Shown here piece after piece: positions 9,301 to 19,765 of a stretch of 64,000 bases of DNA. The position numbers and the translations under genes are program-made. The notes under the pieces are model-generated. The model saw only the letters and a list, made by a program, of their open reading frames with translations, did no database searches and was not told where the DNA came from. The stretch lies in assembly GCA_031409275.1 (NCBI GenBank), contig JANNXA010000028.1, positions 1 through 64,000 of the forward strand. Reading direction: 5' to 3'. The number at the start of each line of letters is the position of its first letter. The first letter of the stretch is position 1. The DNA comes from Planctomycetota bacterium (GTDB taxonomy: Bacteria > Planctomycetota > B15-G4 > SIAN01).

Positions 9301-10854
9301 GCCACCAGCAAGGGGCGGATCTACGTCTGCGACGCGGAGACTCTGGCGCCTTTGCGCAGTTCGAGCAAAGAGGTGGACCCGCTCCTCTGGGGCGGCCTGC
9401 CCGGAGCGGGTTTCAACCCGGCTTGGCCGTCGAACCGAACTCTGGCGCAGACGCCAGCATCCACGCTGGTGACGGGCAACAATGGCAGTGCGGAGTTCTA
9501 CTTCGCGGAGACGGCGCTCAACTTCCGGGAGAACAGCACGGGCGGGAACATGCGCTACCGCATCGGCGGCGTCTCGCTCGGCAGCGCGAACCTCAACTCA
9601 TGGCACGGCTTTACCACGGAAGCCAACGAGCGCGCCGAATGGCGCGATCTGCGTCCGCAGTGGATCCGAACCCTGACCTACGACGATCTCGATCCAGGCG
9701 TGGCGGGTAGCGAGTTCAGGATGTTCGCCGAGACCGGCTGCGCGTTCTACGACGCCCGAACGACGTCGCCATTGGTGCGCGAGTTCCAGACGGTGTCGTG
9801 GCAGCCTGATTGGATGACGCTCGGCGCCGGGGGAGGCTGGGGGCATTCGGCGTCGAACGACCCTTGGATCTTCGACAGCTTTCAAGGGGGCTACGTCTTC
9901 GAGCGCCTGGTTCGTTCGGCCACAGCAGGCAAGACCCTCGGCAGCAAGGGGTACCGCTACCTCGGCGGGTTCACGGCACCCGCCGATCCGACCCACCCGT
10001 TCTTCGACCGGACCGGCGGCGCGGGTGGCAATGGTTGGTGGTATCCGAAGCTCGGTTCGAACTACATGACCGGACAAATCGCCAGCACCACCCAGTCGGC
10101 TCATCCGCTCAGCCTCGGCAGCTCGATGAAGATGGCCAACCTCTGGTCGCAAGCAGAGGGAGCCATCGTGCCCCAAATCGTCACCGGGACCTCCGGAGGC
10201 TACGTCTACTCGATTCGGCCGTCCGTGACGACCTACAGCAGCGCGGTGAACGGGATGATTCCTGGCGATCTCGTCCACGTCTCGCCCAACCTCGGCAGTG
10301 ACATCATCGGTCTCGATGTCGGTGACCTCGACCTCGATGGCGACCAGGAGATCGCCTGCGGGAGTTGGCTCGACGACGGCTCGTTCGTCGACTGGACCCA
10401 ATGGAAAACCACCGGCGGATCAGCTGGCAAGAATCGAGGACACCTCTATCTCCTCGATCCAGTTCATGGCTCGGCCCCATCAACGATGACGAAGATCGAT
10501 CTGCAAGCGGACGATCTCTTCGGGCCCGGCAACGGCATCGGCTCAGGCGTCTTCGGGGTCAAGATCGACAACGTCGATGGGGTTGGACGCGGCGAGGTCT
10601 GGTGTGGCGATGCCGCCGGCTACATCTACCTCTTCGGTTACGACGCCTCACCGGTGGCGGGCTGGCGTTGCGTCTACCGCTCAGAACGACTCTGCCCGTA
10701 TCCGGGGGCCTACAACAACATCCATCCGATCAAGGGCGCGGAGGGCAAGACGGTGAAGCTGCTCGTGCAGGCGCCTGGGTACCTGATGCTCTTCTCCGTC
10801 GACCACGCGGCAGTGCCGCGGCGTTGCAGTGATCGCAACGAGGTGATGCCATGA
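6345..10854 (+). CDS. Large exported protein: putative alpha/beta-hydrolase N-terminal domain plus FG-GAP/beta-propeller region; frameshifted at G10 (6416-6425), main ORF 6538-10854
   Basis: GTSYG nucleophile-elbow motif and FG-GAP-type DLDGDGRMEVVFG and DLDLDGDQEIACG motifs. Signal-peptide-like HWIASALLIAAFA lies in frame 1 upstream of 6538, while ATG 6345/6408 are in frame 3. Confidence 0.75.
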
Positions 10855-12404
10855 ACATTCGAACTGCGCGATCGATCACGCTGGTGATGTCCATCGGCTT
10901 GATCATGATGGGAACCGCCCGAGGACAGCAGCGGATCTGGTTCCTCGATTCAAAGACTCTTGGGGAGTACTTCGGGCCCACGCAAGTCGGTCCCGATGTT
11001 GATGGTGACGGACTGCCAGAGCTGCTCATCGGCGCCTCGTATGGCGCGTGCGTCAATTCGGATGATGGCTACGCCGCGATCGTCTCGACCCGGAACGGCG
11101 AGTTGCATCGCTGGTGCGGTAGCGGAGGGAAAGCCTTTGGTGGTAGTCGCGCCTGGGTCGGCGATGTCGACGGTGGTGGCATCGACGATGTCGCGATCGG
11201 CGAGCCTCTGTACTACGACCCCGTCTTTTGGGGTCGTGACACGGGTCGCATTCAGATCTACTCGACCGAGACGAAGCAGTTGCTCTACGAGATCATTGGG
11301 ACGCAGATGGACGGGAGGCTAGGGAGCCCGATCGTTTCGATGGACGATGTCGACGGCGATGGCGTTCGTGACCTTCTTGTCGGCGCCAGTTCGTATGGAA
11401 CGAGCCATCAGGGTCAGATCTGGGTCTACTCGATGAAGAGCGGGAGCCAAGTCTGGACGAGGACTGGAAGCTTTCAGTCTTCCTTTGGCCTTCGTGTAAT
11501 GGGCATCGGCGATGTCGACGGAGACGGTGTCGGTGACTGTGCGACGGCCACGGATCCGATCGGATCTCCTACTCGCGTTCTCGTGTACTCAGGAACGAAC
11601 GGCAGTCAACTCCTGCAAGTGGATGGTGCAGCCGGCGGGTACGTCGTCAACCTATCCCTCGCCGCGCCGGCGGATCTCGATGGCGACGGCGTGGACGACT
11701 TTGTTTTCGGAGGCACCGATCCGAACGGCGACGGATACCTCGACGCCTACTCCGTCGTGACCGGCGCCCAGATCTGGCGGATCCCCGGCGCAAACGCCGA
11801 ACTCTTCGGGGCCTACAGCTGCGCGGTCGGCGACATCAATCACGACGGCTTCGACGACTTCCTCGTGACGTCTGCCTACGACGACCATGACGGGAAGGAC
11901 GTCGGGCGTGTCGATCTTGTTTCCGGCCGCTCGCACCGCTCGCTCTTCCGCTTCTATGCAGGTCTCGCGGGCCTCCAGAAATACGGCACCGTCCTGACCC
12001 GTGGGGTCGACTTCAACGGCGACAGCTTCGAAGACTTGATCATCGGCACCGCCTACGGCGGCAAGAACAAGTCGCAGGGCGGCTCGGTGGGCATCTACGC
12101 CGGCAATGACGTCTTTCTTCAAGCGGACCCTCGGTTGCCGACAGCGCCGGAAACCGTCACCGTCGATTTCCGCGGTGGTGAGCCGTTCACCCTCGGGCTG
12201 ATCGCGTTGACCGCGATCGACAGCGTCTCGCTCTTCGCGCCGCTCATGCTGACGTCGTTCGACGCGAACGGCGAGCTTCAACTCCTCGCCGACACCGACC
12301 CGAGCGTCAGCGGCCACGACTTCACCATCACGGGTTACGCGGAGAACCCCTCCGGCCGAGGTCCGCTGATGGTCTCGACCACCCAGACCGTCTCGGTGCA
12401 GTAG
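10851..12404 (+). CDS. FG-GAP (integrin-alpha-like) repeat exported protein
   Basis: Signal peptide and about 7 DxDGDG-type repeats with LLIGA/GRIQIYS/GQIWVYS patterns. ATGA overlap with the upstream gene. Confidence 0.9.
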   Translation: MNIRTARSITLVMSIGLIMMGTARGQQRIWFLDSKTLGEYFGPTQVGPDVDGDGLPELLIGASYGACVNSDDGYAAIVSTRNGELHRWCGSGGKAFGGSRAWVGDVDGGGIDDVAIGEPLYYDPVFWGRDTGRIQIYSTETKQLLYEIIGTQMDGRLGSPIVSMDDVDGDGVRDLLVGASSYGTSHQGQIWVYSMKSGSQVWTRTGSFQSSFGLRVMGIGDVDGDGVGDCATATDPIGSPTRVLVYSGTNGSQLLQVDGAAGGYVVNLSLAAPADLDGDGVDDFVFGGTDPNGDGYLDAYSVVTGAQIWRIPGANAELFGAYSCAVGDINHDGFDDFLVTSAYDDHDGKDVGRVDLVSGRSHRSLFRFYAGLAGLQKYGTVLTRGVDFNGDSFEDLIIGTAYGGKNKSQGGSVGIYAGNDVFLQADPRLPTAPETVTVDFRGGEPFTLGLIALTAIDSVSLFAPLMLTSFDANGELQLLADTDPSVSGHDFTITGYAENPSGRGPLMVSTTQTVSVQ

Positions 12405-12472
12405 GACGGTCGCCGCAGCTTCCAACACCCTTCCGCCTCTCCTCGATTCCCAAGCCTCTGGAGGATCCGACG

Positions 12473-12955
12473 ATGTCGACCACCACCGCCCTCGAAGCCG
12501 TGCCCACGACCGGCCGCGCCCTCCACGCCTCGATGCTCACCGCCTTCGACTACTCCCCCGTCCTCGACACCGCCGTGCAGCACTACGGCCTCTCCCGCGC
12601 CGAAGCCTCCTCGCTCTTCGATGGCCTGCTCCAGTGGCTCTCGGCGATCCCCTTCGCGCGTCCGGGTCAGCCGATCCAGATGGTCGAAGCCATCGACCGC
12701 CTCTGGCACGCCTTCGTGCTCAACACGAAGCTCTACCGCGCCTTCTGCGACCGGTTCTTTGGCCGCTTCATCGACCACGATCCGCTCGACCGCTACTTCG
12801 CCGAACTGTCGAAGAAGCAGTACGCCCGCTTCACGCTCGCGACGCTGACGGAGGAGTTCGGCGACGCGCTCCACCCCGCCTTCCGTGACTTGACCCAGCG
12901 CGTCGGCTGCTGCTTCGGGCAGTGCGATGACGGTGGCGACGGCGGGTTGCGCTGA
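12473..12955 (+). CDS. Glycine-rich-domain (GRDP/DUF1399-like) family protein
   Basis: IDRLWHAFVLNTKLYRAFCDRFFGRFIDHDP motif. GGAGGA RBS. Cys-rich C-terminal tail. Confidence 0.7.
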   Translation: MSTTTALEAVPTTGRALHASMLTAFDYSPVLDTAVQHYGLSRAEASSLFDGLLQWLSAIPFARPGQPIQMVEAIDRLWHAFVLNTKLYRAFCDRFFGRFIDHDPLDRYFAELSKKQYARFTLATLTEEFGDALHPAFRDLTQRVGCCFGQCDDGGDGGLR

Positions 12956-13062
12956 GCGAAGCGCTTCGTCCGACAGCGCGCCGCTACCATCCCGGGCCCG
13001 TTCGCAAGGCGGTCGGAGTCCCCGGCCGGTCCGTGCGAACCTTCTCGCCCGGAACGAACTCG

Positions 13063-15948
13063 ATGAGCCTCGCTCGCTTCGCGTCGGCCGCACGTCACGC
13101 CGCGCTCGCTCCGTTCCTCTCGGCGCTCCTCGCCGCTCCGCTCCTCGCCGCGCCGCAGACCGCCGCCACCCCGCAGGTCGCGCCCGCCGTCGAGCGGCGC
13201 AAATGGGAGCACGAGAGCTCCGACCTTCCGGTGAACGCGCGCATCCACTTCGGCGCGCTGAAGAACGGGCTGCGCTATGCGTGGCTCGACAACAAGGAGC
13301 CGGCGCAGCGCGTCTACGTGCGCCTGCATGTCGATGCGGGCAGCCTCGGTGAGAGCGACGCCGAAGCGGGGATGGCCCACTTCCTCGAGCACATGGCGTT
13401 CAACGGCTCGAAGAACTTCCCGCCGGGAACGCTGGTCGAGTGGCTGCAGAAGCACGGGCTTGGCTTCGGCGGCGACACCAACGCGATGACCGACTTCAGC
13501 CAGACGATCTACCAGCTCGACCTGCCGACGGCGGACGAGGCGATGGTCGCCGACGGCCTGAAGGTGATGCGTGATGTGGTCGACGGACTGTTGCTGCTCG
13601 ACGAGGAGATCGGCTCCGAGAAGGGGGTGATCGACGGCGAGGAGCGCGAGCGCGAGTCGGCCGACTTCCGCGCCATGCGCAAGTCGCTGGAGACGATGTT
13701 CGACGGCACGCTCATCCCGTCGCGCATGCCGATCGGCACGAAGGCTGCGCGCGACGCCTTCGACAGCAAGTCGATGCGTGCCTTCTACGAGCGCTGGTAT
13801 CGGCCCGACAACTGCACGCTGCTGATCGTCGGAGACCTCGGCGGTCGCGACCCAGTGCCGGCGATCGAAACGGCATTCGGCGACCTCGCGGCGCCCACGA
13901 CACCGCGCACGCCGGAGCCCGCGCGCGGCACTCCGAAGCTCGAGAAGCGTGCGTTCGCCGTGTACGAGAAGGAGCTGCCCAACGTCACGCTGCAGGTCCA
14001 GCTCGCGCGACCGCATGTCCCGGAACCGGACACGCGCGCCGAGCGCATCGAGGACCTGTCGCTGGCCATCGCGCACACGATGCTGAACTTGCGTTTCGGC
14101 GAGCTGGTGAAGAAGGAAGGCACGCCGTTCCTCGGCGCGCAGGTGGGCGAAGGCGGCGGGCTCAACGTGCTCGATGCCGAGGCGCTCTACGTGGTCGCGG
14201 CACCGCCGCAGTGGCAGGCCGCGCTGGCGGCCGCGCAGATCGAGCTGCGCCGCGCGTTGCAGCACGGCTTCGCCGACGAGGAGCTCGAAGAGGTGCGCGT
14301 CGAGTGGCTGCGCGCCTTCGACGAAGCGCTGAAGAGCGAGTCCACGCGCGATAGCGACGAGTTCGTGAACGAGCTGCTGGCGGCAAGCGAGGACCGCGTG
14401 GTTCCGACCGACGCCGCGACCGACAAGGCGCTGTTCGAGCCGGCGTTGCGCGCGCTGACCGTCGAGCAGTGCCAGGCGGCGCTGGCGGAGGCGTGGAGCA
14501 AGGGCACGTTGGTGGTCGGCATGGTCGGCGGCCTCGACCTCGGGCCGGACGCGGAGAAGAAGCTGGTCGAAGCGTGGACCGCCGGCAGCAAGGGGGACGT
14601 CGCGGCTGGCGTGGAAGAGACCTCTGCGGCCTTCGCCTACGGCTCCGACCCGAAGCAGGTGGGCGCTGTCGCGACGCGCGCGGCCGATGCCGAGTACGGC
14701 TTCGAAGAGGTCGTCTTCGCCAACGGCGTGCGGCTGCTGGTGAAGAAGACCGACTTCAAGGAGCGCGAGATCCTGGTGCGAGCGTTGGTCGGCGAAGGTT
14801 CGCTCTCGCTCGATCCGAAGGAGAGCCCGCTGCGCCTCTTCGCGCAGCAGACCTTCGCGGCGGGCGGCGTCGGTCGCCATTCGGCCGACGACCTGCGTCG
14901 GCTCACGGCCGGCAAGCAGGTGGGGGTCGGCTTCCAGATCAGCGAAGACGCCTTCGTGTTCAGCGGCGGGACGACGCGCGAAGACCTGCTGATGCAGTGC
15001 GAGCTCACCTGCGCCTACCTGACCGATCCGGGTCTGCGTGAGGAGGGCGCCACGCCGTTCCGACGCGCGCTGCCGCAGATCTACGAGTCGCAGAAGCACC
15101 AGCACGGCGGCGTGCTCGCCACCGAGTTCCTGCCGACGCTCTACGGCAACGATCCGCGCGTCGCGTTCCCGGCGCTCGAGGTCGAGCAGGCGATCACCAC
15201 CGAGCAGGTCGGCGCTTGGCTCAAGCCCGCGTTCGCTGGCGCGCCGATCACGCTGGCGATCGCCGGCGACCTCGACGTCGACGCGACCATCGCGGCCGTG
15301 GCGCAGACCTTCGGCACCCTGACGCCGCGGCGCGCACGACTCGCATGGGACGAGCGGCGCGTCTTCCCGGCGATGAAGGCCGGGCTGCGCACGGAGCTCA
15401 CCGTCGACACCAACGTCGCCAAGGCGCTGGTGGTGGCGCAGTTCGCGACGACGGATGGCGCCGACTCGGCGACGCGCCGGCAGCTCTCTTTCCTGGTCGA
15501 CGTCGTGAACGACCGTCTGCGGGTCGAAGTCCGCGAGAAGCTCGGCGCTTCCTACAGCCCGCGCGCAAGCGGCAGCTCGAGCGTCGTCTACCCCGGCAAC
15601 GGCAACCTCGTGATGCAGGCGCTGACCGAGCCGGACGGTGCCGCGAAGCTTGCGGACGCATTGCTCAGCGTCGCCGACACGCTGGCGCGCGATGGAGTGA
15701 CCGATGCGGAGGTCGATCGGCTGCGGCCGGAGGTGCTGGCTCGCTTGCGCGACATGCAGCGGATGAACGGCTTCTGGATGGACATGCTGGGCGGGCTTCA
15801 TTCGGCGCGCCCGGTGCGCAACGACCTGCGCACGCTGATCGAGCATGCAGAGAAGCTGACGGCGGCGCCGCTCACGGCGCTGGCGAAGAAGTACCTGAAG
15901 AAGGAGCTCGCTTCGCTGGCGATCCTGCGGCCGAAGTCGGGCTCCTGA
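13063..15948 (+). CDS. M16 family zinc protease (PqqL-like insulinase), exported
   Basis: GMAHFLEHMAFNGS (HxxEH), FGGDTNAMT, WYRPDN, second-half NGVRLLVK, VREKLGASYS. Signal peptide. Confidence 0.92.
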   Translation: MSLARFASAARHAALAPFLSALLAAPLLAAPQTAATPQVAPAVERRKWEHESSDLPVNARIHFGALKNGLRYAWLDNKEPAQRVYVRLHVDAGSLGESDAEAGMAHFLEHMAFNGSKNFPPGTLVEWLQKHGLGFGGDTNAMTDFSQTIYQLDLPTADEAMVADGLKVMRDVVDGLLLLDEEIGSEKGVIDGEERERESADFRAMRKSLETMFDGTLIPSRMPIGTKAARDAFDSKSMRAFYERWYRPDNCTLLIVGDLGGRDPVPAIETAFGDLAAPTTPRTPEPARGTPKLEKRAFAVYEKELPNVTLQVQLARPHVPEPDTRAERIEDLSLAIAHTMLNLRFGELVKKEGTPFLGAQVGEGGGLNVLDAEALYVVAAPPQWQAALAAAQIELRRALQHGFADEELEEVRVEWLRAFDEALKSESTRDSDEFVNELLAASEDRVVPTDAATDKALFEPALRALTVEQCQAALAEAWSKGTLVVGMVGGLDLGPDAEKKLVEAWTAGSKGDVAAGVEETSAAFAYGSDPKQVGAVATRAADAEYGFEEVVFANGVRLLVKKTDFKEREILVRALVGEGSLSLDPKESPLRLFAQQTFAAGGVGRHSADDLRRLTAGKQVGVGFQISEDAFVFSGGTTREDLLMQCELTCAYLTDPGLREEGATPFRRALPQIYESQKHQHGGVLATEFLPTLYGNDPRVAFPALEVEQAITTEQVGAWLKPAFAGAPITLAIAGDLDVDATIAAVAQTFGTLTPRRARLAWDERRVFPAMKAGLRTELTVDTNVAKALVVAQFATTDGADSATRRQLSFLVDVVNDRLRVEVREKLGASYSPRASGSSSVVYPGNGNLVMQALTEPDGAAKLADALLSVADTLARDGVTDAEVDRLRPEVLARLRDMQRMNGFWMDMLGGLHSARPVRNDLRTLIEHAEKLTAAPLTALAKKYLKKELASLAILRPKSGS

Positions 15949-15986
15949 GCGACGCCCCCTTCCCTCGCGGCGCAGCGCACTCGATC

Positions 15987-17804
15987 ATGCGCCACGTGAG
16001 CAGCTGCGATACGAGCCAGCGATCGACGCGACGCCGCTTTGCGGCGGCGGCGGTGTTGTTCTCCAGCGGCGCGATGCTGGCGATCGCTGGTTGCGGCGAC
16101 GCGCCGGTGCAGGAGGCGCCGTCCACGAAGCAGGCACCGGCGCCTGCACCAGCACCGGTGACGCCGGCTGCGCCCGTTCTGCCGGCCGCTCCACGTGGCG
16201 TCTGGTACGCGGCGCCGCGGTCCGACGATCCGTCGTTTCCGATCGTGCATGGTCGACCGCGCGGCCAAGTGGAGTTGCTGGCCGAGGTGATCGGCAGCGG
16301 CGTTGGCCTGATCGACTACGACCGCGACGGCGATCTCGACCTCTTCTTCCCGATGGGGCGAGTCCTCGGCGATGCGGCGGATGCCAGCAGCGATCGGCTG
16401 CTGCGCAATCGCGGCGACGGCACGTTCGAGGATGTGACGGCGGCGGCGGGGGTCGGCGACGACGGCTACGGTTTCGGCTGCGCGGTCGGCGACTACGACC
16501 GCGACGGGTTCGACGACCTCTTCGTGTGCAACTGGGGATGCGACCGCCTGCTGCGCAATCGCGGGGACGGGACGTTCGAGGATGCGACCGAGCGGGCGGG
16601 CGTCGGCGACGATGACTGGTCGACCTGCGCGGCGTTCGGCGACGCGGATGGCGACGGCGACCTCGACCTCTACGTCGCCCGCTACTTCCATCTCGACGCG
16701 GCGGCGCCACCCAACGGTGGCCGCCCCTGCCAGTTCGGACCGATCAAGGCGCCGTGCGGCCCGCAGTGGGAACCAGCGGTGCCCGACTTGTTGTGGCGCA
16801 ACGACGGCGACGGGACCTTCACCGATGTCTCGGTCGAGTCGGGGATCCGCGCCGTGCGGCCGAGCTACGGCTTCGCGCTCACGTTCTGCGACGTCGACGA
16901 CGACGGGAAGCTCGATCTCTTCGTCGGCAACGACAGCCTGCCGAACTTCCTGTTCCACAATCTCGGCGGCCTTCGCTTCGAGGAGGTCGGCGTCGCGACG
17001 GGCGTCTCGGCGAACCTCGATGGCCTCGACCAGGCGTGCATGGGCGTCGACGTCGCCGACTTCAACGATGACGGTCACGAAGACCTGGTCGTGACCAATT
17101 TCTCGAACGACTACAACACCGTCTATCGCAACGCCGGCGGCATGGTGTTCGACGACGTCACCCGTGTCATTGGCCTGGGCGAGGCGTCGTGGTGGACGCT
17201 CGGTTGGGGGACCAAGTTCTTCGACGCCGACTGCGACGGCGATCTCGATTACTTCGTCGCCAACGGGCATCTCTATCCCGACACCACCGGCGTCGCCTCG
17301 CTCGAGCACGAGCAGCTGAATCACCTCTTCTTGCAGTCGAACGGCCGTTTCGAGCTGGTTTCGAGCGTCGCGGGTCCCGGCCTGGCGATGAAGAAGTCGA
17401 GCCGCGGCGCGGGCTTTGGCGACCTCGACGGCGATGGTTGGATCGAACTGGTGGTCGTGGAACTCGAAGGCCCGCCTTCGATCCTGCGCGCGACCCCGCA
17501 GCCCGGAGTCCATCGCGCCCTGGTGGAGCTGCTGCCCGGCGCTGATCACCGTCCGGTCGACCACGCTCGTGTCACCGTGCGCGCCGGCGGCCGGACGCAG
17601 ACGCGGCGCATGAACCGCGGCGGCTCGTTCGCATCGTCGAACGATCCGCGCGTGCACTTCGGGCTCGGCGCCGCGGCCACGATCGACGAGCTGGTGGTGC
17701 GCTGGCCCGACGGGATCGAAACGCGCTTCGCCGGGTTGCCGGCCGATCGCCGCATCCGCATCGCGCGTGACGGCGCGGCTCCGCAGTTCGAGGTGCTGCG
17801 ATGA
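15987..17804 (+). CDS. CRTAC1/ASPIC-UnbV family FG-GAP repeat lipoprotein
   Basis: Lipobox IAGC, repeats DYDRDGDLDL and RNRGDGTFEDVT, C-terminal GGSFASSNDPRVHFGLG...VRWPDG. The ORF-track start (15216) is an over-extension. Confidence 0.92.
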   Translation: MRHVSSCDTSQRSTRRRFAAAAVLFSSGAMLAIAGCGDAPVQEAPSTKQAPAPAPAPVTPAAPVLPAAPRGVWYAAPRSDDPSFPIVHGRPRGQVELLAEVIGSGVGLIDYDRDGDLDLFFPMGRVLGDAADASSDRLLRNRGDGTFEDVTAAAGVGDDGYGFGCAVGDYDRDGFDDLFVCNWGCDRLLRNRGDGTFEDATERAGVGDDDWSTCAAFGDADGDGDLDLYVARYFHLDAAAPPNGGRPCQFGPIKAPCGPQWEPAVPDLLWRNDGDGTFTDVSVESGIRAVRPSYGFALTFCDVDDDGKLDLFVGNDSLPNFLFHNLGGLRFEEVGVATGVSANLDGLDQACMGVDVADFNDDGHEDLVVTNFSNDYNTVYRNAGGMVFDDVTRVIGLGEASWWTLGWGTKFFDADCDGDLDYFVANGHLYPDTTGVASLEHEQLNHLFLQSNGRFELVSSVAGPGLAMKKSSRGAGFGDLDGDGWIELVVVELEGPPSILRATPQPGVHRALVELLPGADHRPVDHARVTVRAGGRTQTRRMNRGGSFASSNDPRVHFGLGAAATIDELVVRWPDGIETRFAGLPADRRIRIARDGAAPQFEVLR

Positions 17805-18823
17805 AGGCCCTCGTCGCGGGACTGGTCATGCTCTTCATCGTCGCGGGCGGCGCGGCGGCGCGCGCGCAGGCGCCGCAAGGCAAGGCTGGCAACGAGGCGA
17901 CCCGCATCGAGCAGTCGCTGAAAGCGCTGCGCCAAGGGCGCGAAGTCGAAGCCAACCTCGCATTCCTGCGCGCATCGATCGATCGTGCGGCGGATCCGAG
18001 TGCCGTCGCCCAGCAGATCGGCAGCGCCCTCTTCGTCGACGGGCGCTACGCGTTGGCCGTCGACTTCTTCGCGATGGCGCGCGCGCGCCGGCCCGACGAT
18101 GGCAGCCTCGCGCTGCTGGTGGGCCGCTCGCACGCGTTGCTCCACCAGTTCGATCCGGCGTTGGCGGCGCTTGCCGATGCCGATCGGCTGCTGCCGCCCG
18201 GTCCTCATCCGATCGTGCACCAGTACGCCGCGATCTGCCTGATGGGGTTGCAGCGTTTCGACGAGGCCGAGTCGCGGGCGCTTCGCGCCATCGAGGAGGC
18301 GAAGGCGTGGAACGCGGCGCTGCCGGAGGGCCGCGCCCCGCTGGATGTGGTCGACTACGAGCTGACGCTTGCCAACGTGCTGCATGTCGCCGTGCGGTTC
18401 GACGAGGCCCTGGCGCTGCTCGATCAGTTGGCGGCGCGCGCGAAGGAGCCGCTCGATCGCTCGAAGGTGGAGCTGCTGCGCGCGAAGATCCTCGACTCCC
18501 GCGGCGACGTGGAGGCGGCAGCGCGGGCGTTCGGCGTCGCGCGCGAAGCGACGCCGGATCGAGTGGAGCCGATCTACGAGATGGCGACCTTCTTCGTCCG
18601 TCGGCAACGTCACGCCGAGGCGCGACCGCTGCTCGAACGTGTCGTCGAACTCGATCCCGACCACGAAGGCGCCTGGTTCAACCTCGCGCGACTGTTGCCG
18701 CGGCTCGGCGATGCGGCGGGGGGCAAGGCGGCGATGGCGCGCTACCGGACGCTGCACGACGCGAGCCTCGCCGAGGACGCCCACCTCACCGAGTTGCGTC
18801 GGGCACTCGACGCCCGGAAGTAG
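17801..18823 (+). CDS. Tetratricopeptide repeat protein, exported
   Basis: Signal peptide, TPR-like helices (ELDPDHEGAWFNLA), ATGA coupling to the ASPIC gene. Confidence 0.85.
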   Translation: MKALVAGLVMLFIVAGGAAARAQAPQGKAGNEATRIEQSLKALRQGREVEANLAFLRASIDRAADPSAVAQQIGSALFVDGRYALAVDFFAMARARRPDDGSLALLVGRSHALLHQFDPALAALADADRLLPPGPHPIVHQYAAICLMGLQRFDEAESRALRAIEEAKAWNAALPEGRAPLDVVDYELTLANVLHVAVRFDEALALLDQLAARAKEPLDRSKVELLRAKILDSRGDVEAAARAFGVAREATPDRVEPIYEMATFFVRRQRHAEARPLLERVVELDPDHEGAWFNLARLLPRLGDAAGGKAAMARYRTLHDASLAEDAHLTELRRALDARK

Positions 18824-18883
18824 GCGGCGCGGCCAGACCCGCGTCGGGGGACCTGAACGCAGACCCCTTGCCAGGTCCGGCCA

Positions 18884-18907
18884 TATAGGTTACTACTTGG
18901 TCACATG
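18884..18907. promoter_or_regulatory. Putative ArsR-type operator overlapping the start codon
   Basis: AT-rich imperfect dyad AGGTTAC-N6-GTCACAT immediately at the ATG of the ArsR gene, with TTGCCA at 18868. Confidence 0.5.
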
Positions 18908-19765
18908 TCGTCTGCCACCCGTTCCCGCCATCGGAGCGCTCGCCGCCGCTCGTCCGACGCACTGGCGCCGGTGTGGCGTGCATTGGCCGACCCGACGCGG
19001 CGCGCGCTGCTCGATCTGCTTCACGATGGTCCGCGCACGACCGGTGCGCTTGCGGCCGCGTTCCCGTCGTCGCGCTTCGCCGTGATGAAGCACCTGCGCG
19101 TGCTGGTCGCGGCGCGTCTCGTCGTCGCGCGAAAGCAGGGGCGCGAGCGGTGGAACCATCTCAACGCCGCGCCGCTGGTCGACCTCTACCAGCGCTGGGT
19201 CTCGCCGCGCGCCGCGCGTCACGCGACCGCGGCGCTCGCCCTGCGTGCTCATGTCGAAACCGCCATCCCACTACCAGGAGCTGTCGCCGTGCCGAAGTCC
19301 ACCAATCCGCCCGCGCTGTGCGTCGAACGTGTCGAGGTCGAGGTCGACATCGCTGCGACCCCCGAGCGTGTCTGGAAGGCGATCACTCAGGAGGCGACGA
19401 AGTGGTGGCGTCGCGACTTCTGCGTGAACAGCGCCGCCAAGGGGTTCGTGATGGAGGCGAAGGTCGGTGGGCGAGTCTTCGAGGATTGGGGCGATGGCGC
19501 CGGTGTCCTCTGGTTCACGATCCTCGCGCTCGATCCCGGTCGCGCGCTCGATCTGGTGGGTCATGTGACCCCGGCCTTCGGAGGCCCGTCGATCGCGCAT
19601 CTGCGCCTCGAGCTCGAAGCGCGCGGTAAAGCGACGCGCTTGAAGATCTCTGACGCGAGCTGGGGCCACGTGACCGGATCGTGTGACGACAAGGCGGGCG
19701 GCTGGAAGCTGCTGTTCGGCGACGGTCTCAAGCCCTGGATCGAGTCAGGTCGCGCGGCCGGGTGA
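18905..19765 (+). CDS. ArsR-family HTH regulator fused to SRPBCC/AHSA1 domain
   Basis: VWRALADPTRRALLDLL...AVMKHLRVL...GRERWNHLN, then IAATPERVWKAIT...WW...GGR (SRPBCC). Confidence 0.88.
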   Translation: MSSATRSRHRSARRRSSDALAPVWRALADPTRRALLDLLHDGPRTTGALAAAFPSSRFAVMKHLRVLVAARLVVARKQGRERWNHLNAAPLVDLYQRWVSPRAARHATAALALRAHVETAIPLPGAVAVPKSTNPPALCVERVEVEVDIAATPERVWKAITQEATKWWRRDFCVNSAAKGFVMEAKVGGRVFEDWGDGAGVLWFTILALDPGRALDLVGHVTPAFGGPSIAHLRLELEARGKATRLKISDASWGHVTGSCDDKAGGWKLLFGDGLKPWIESGRAAG

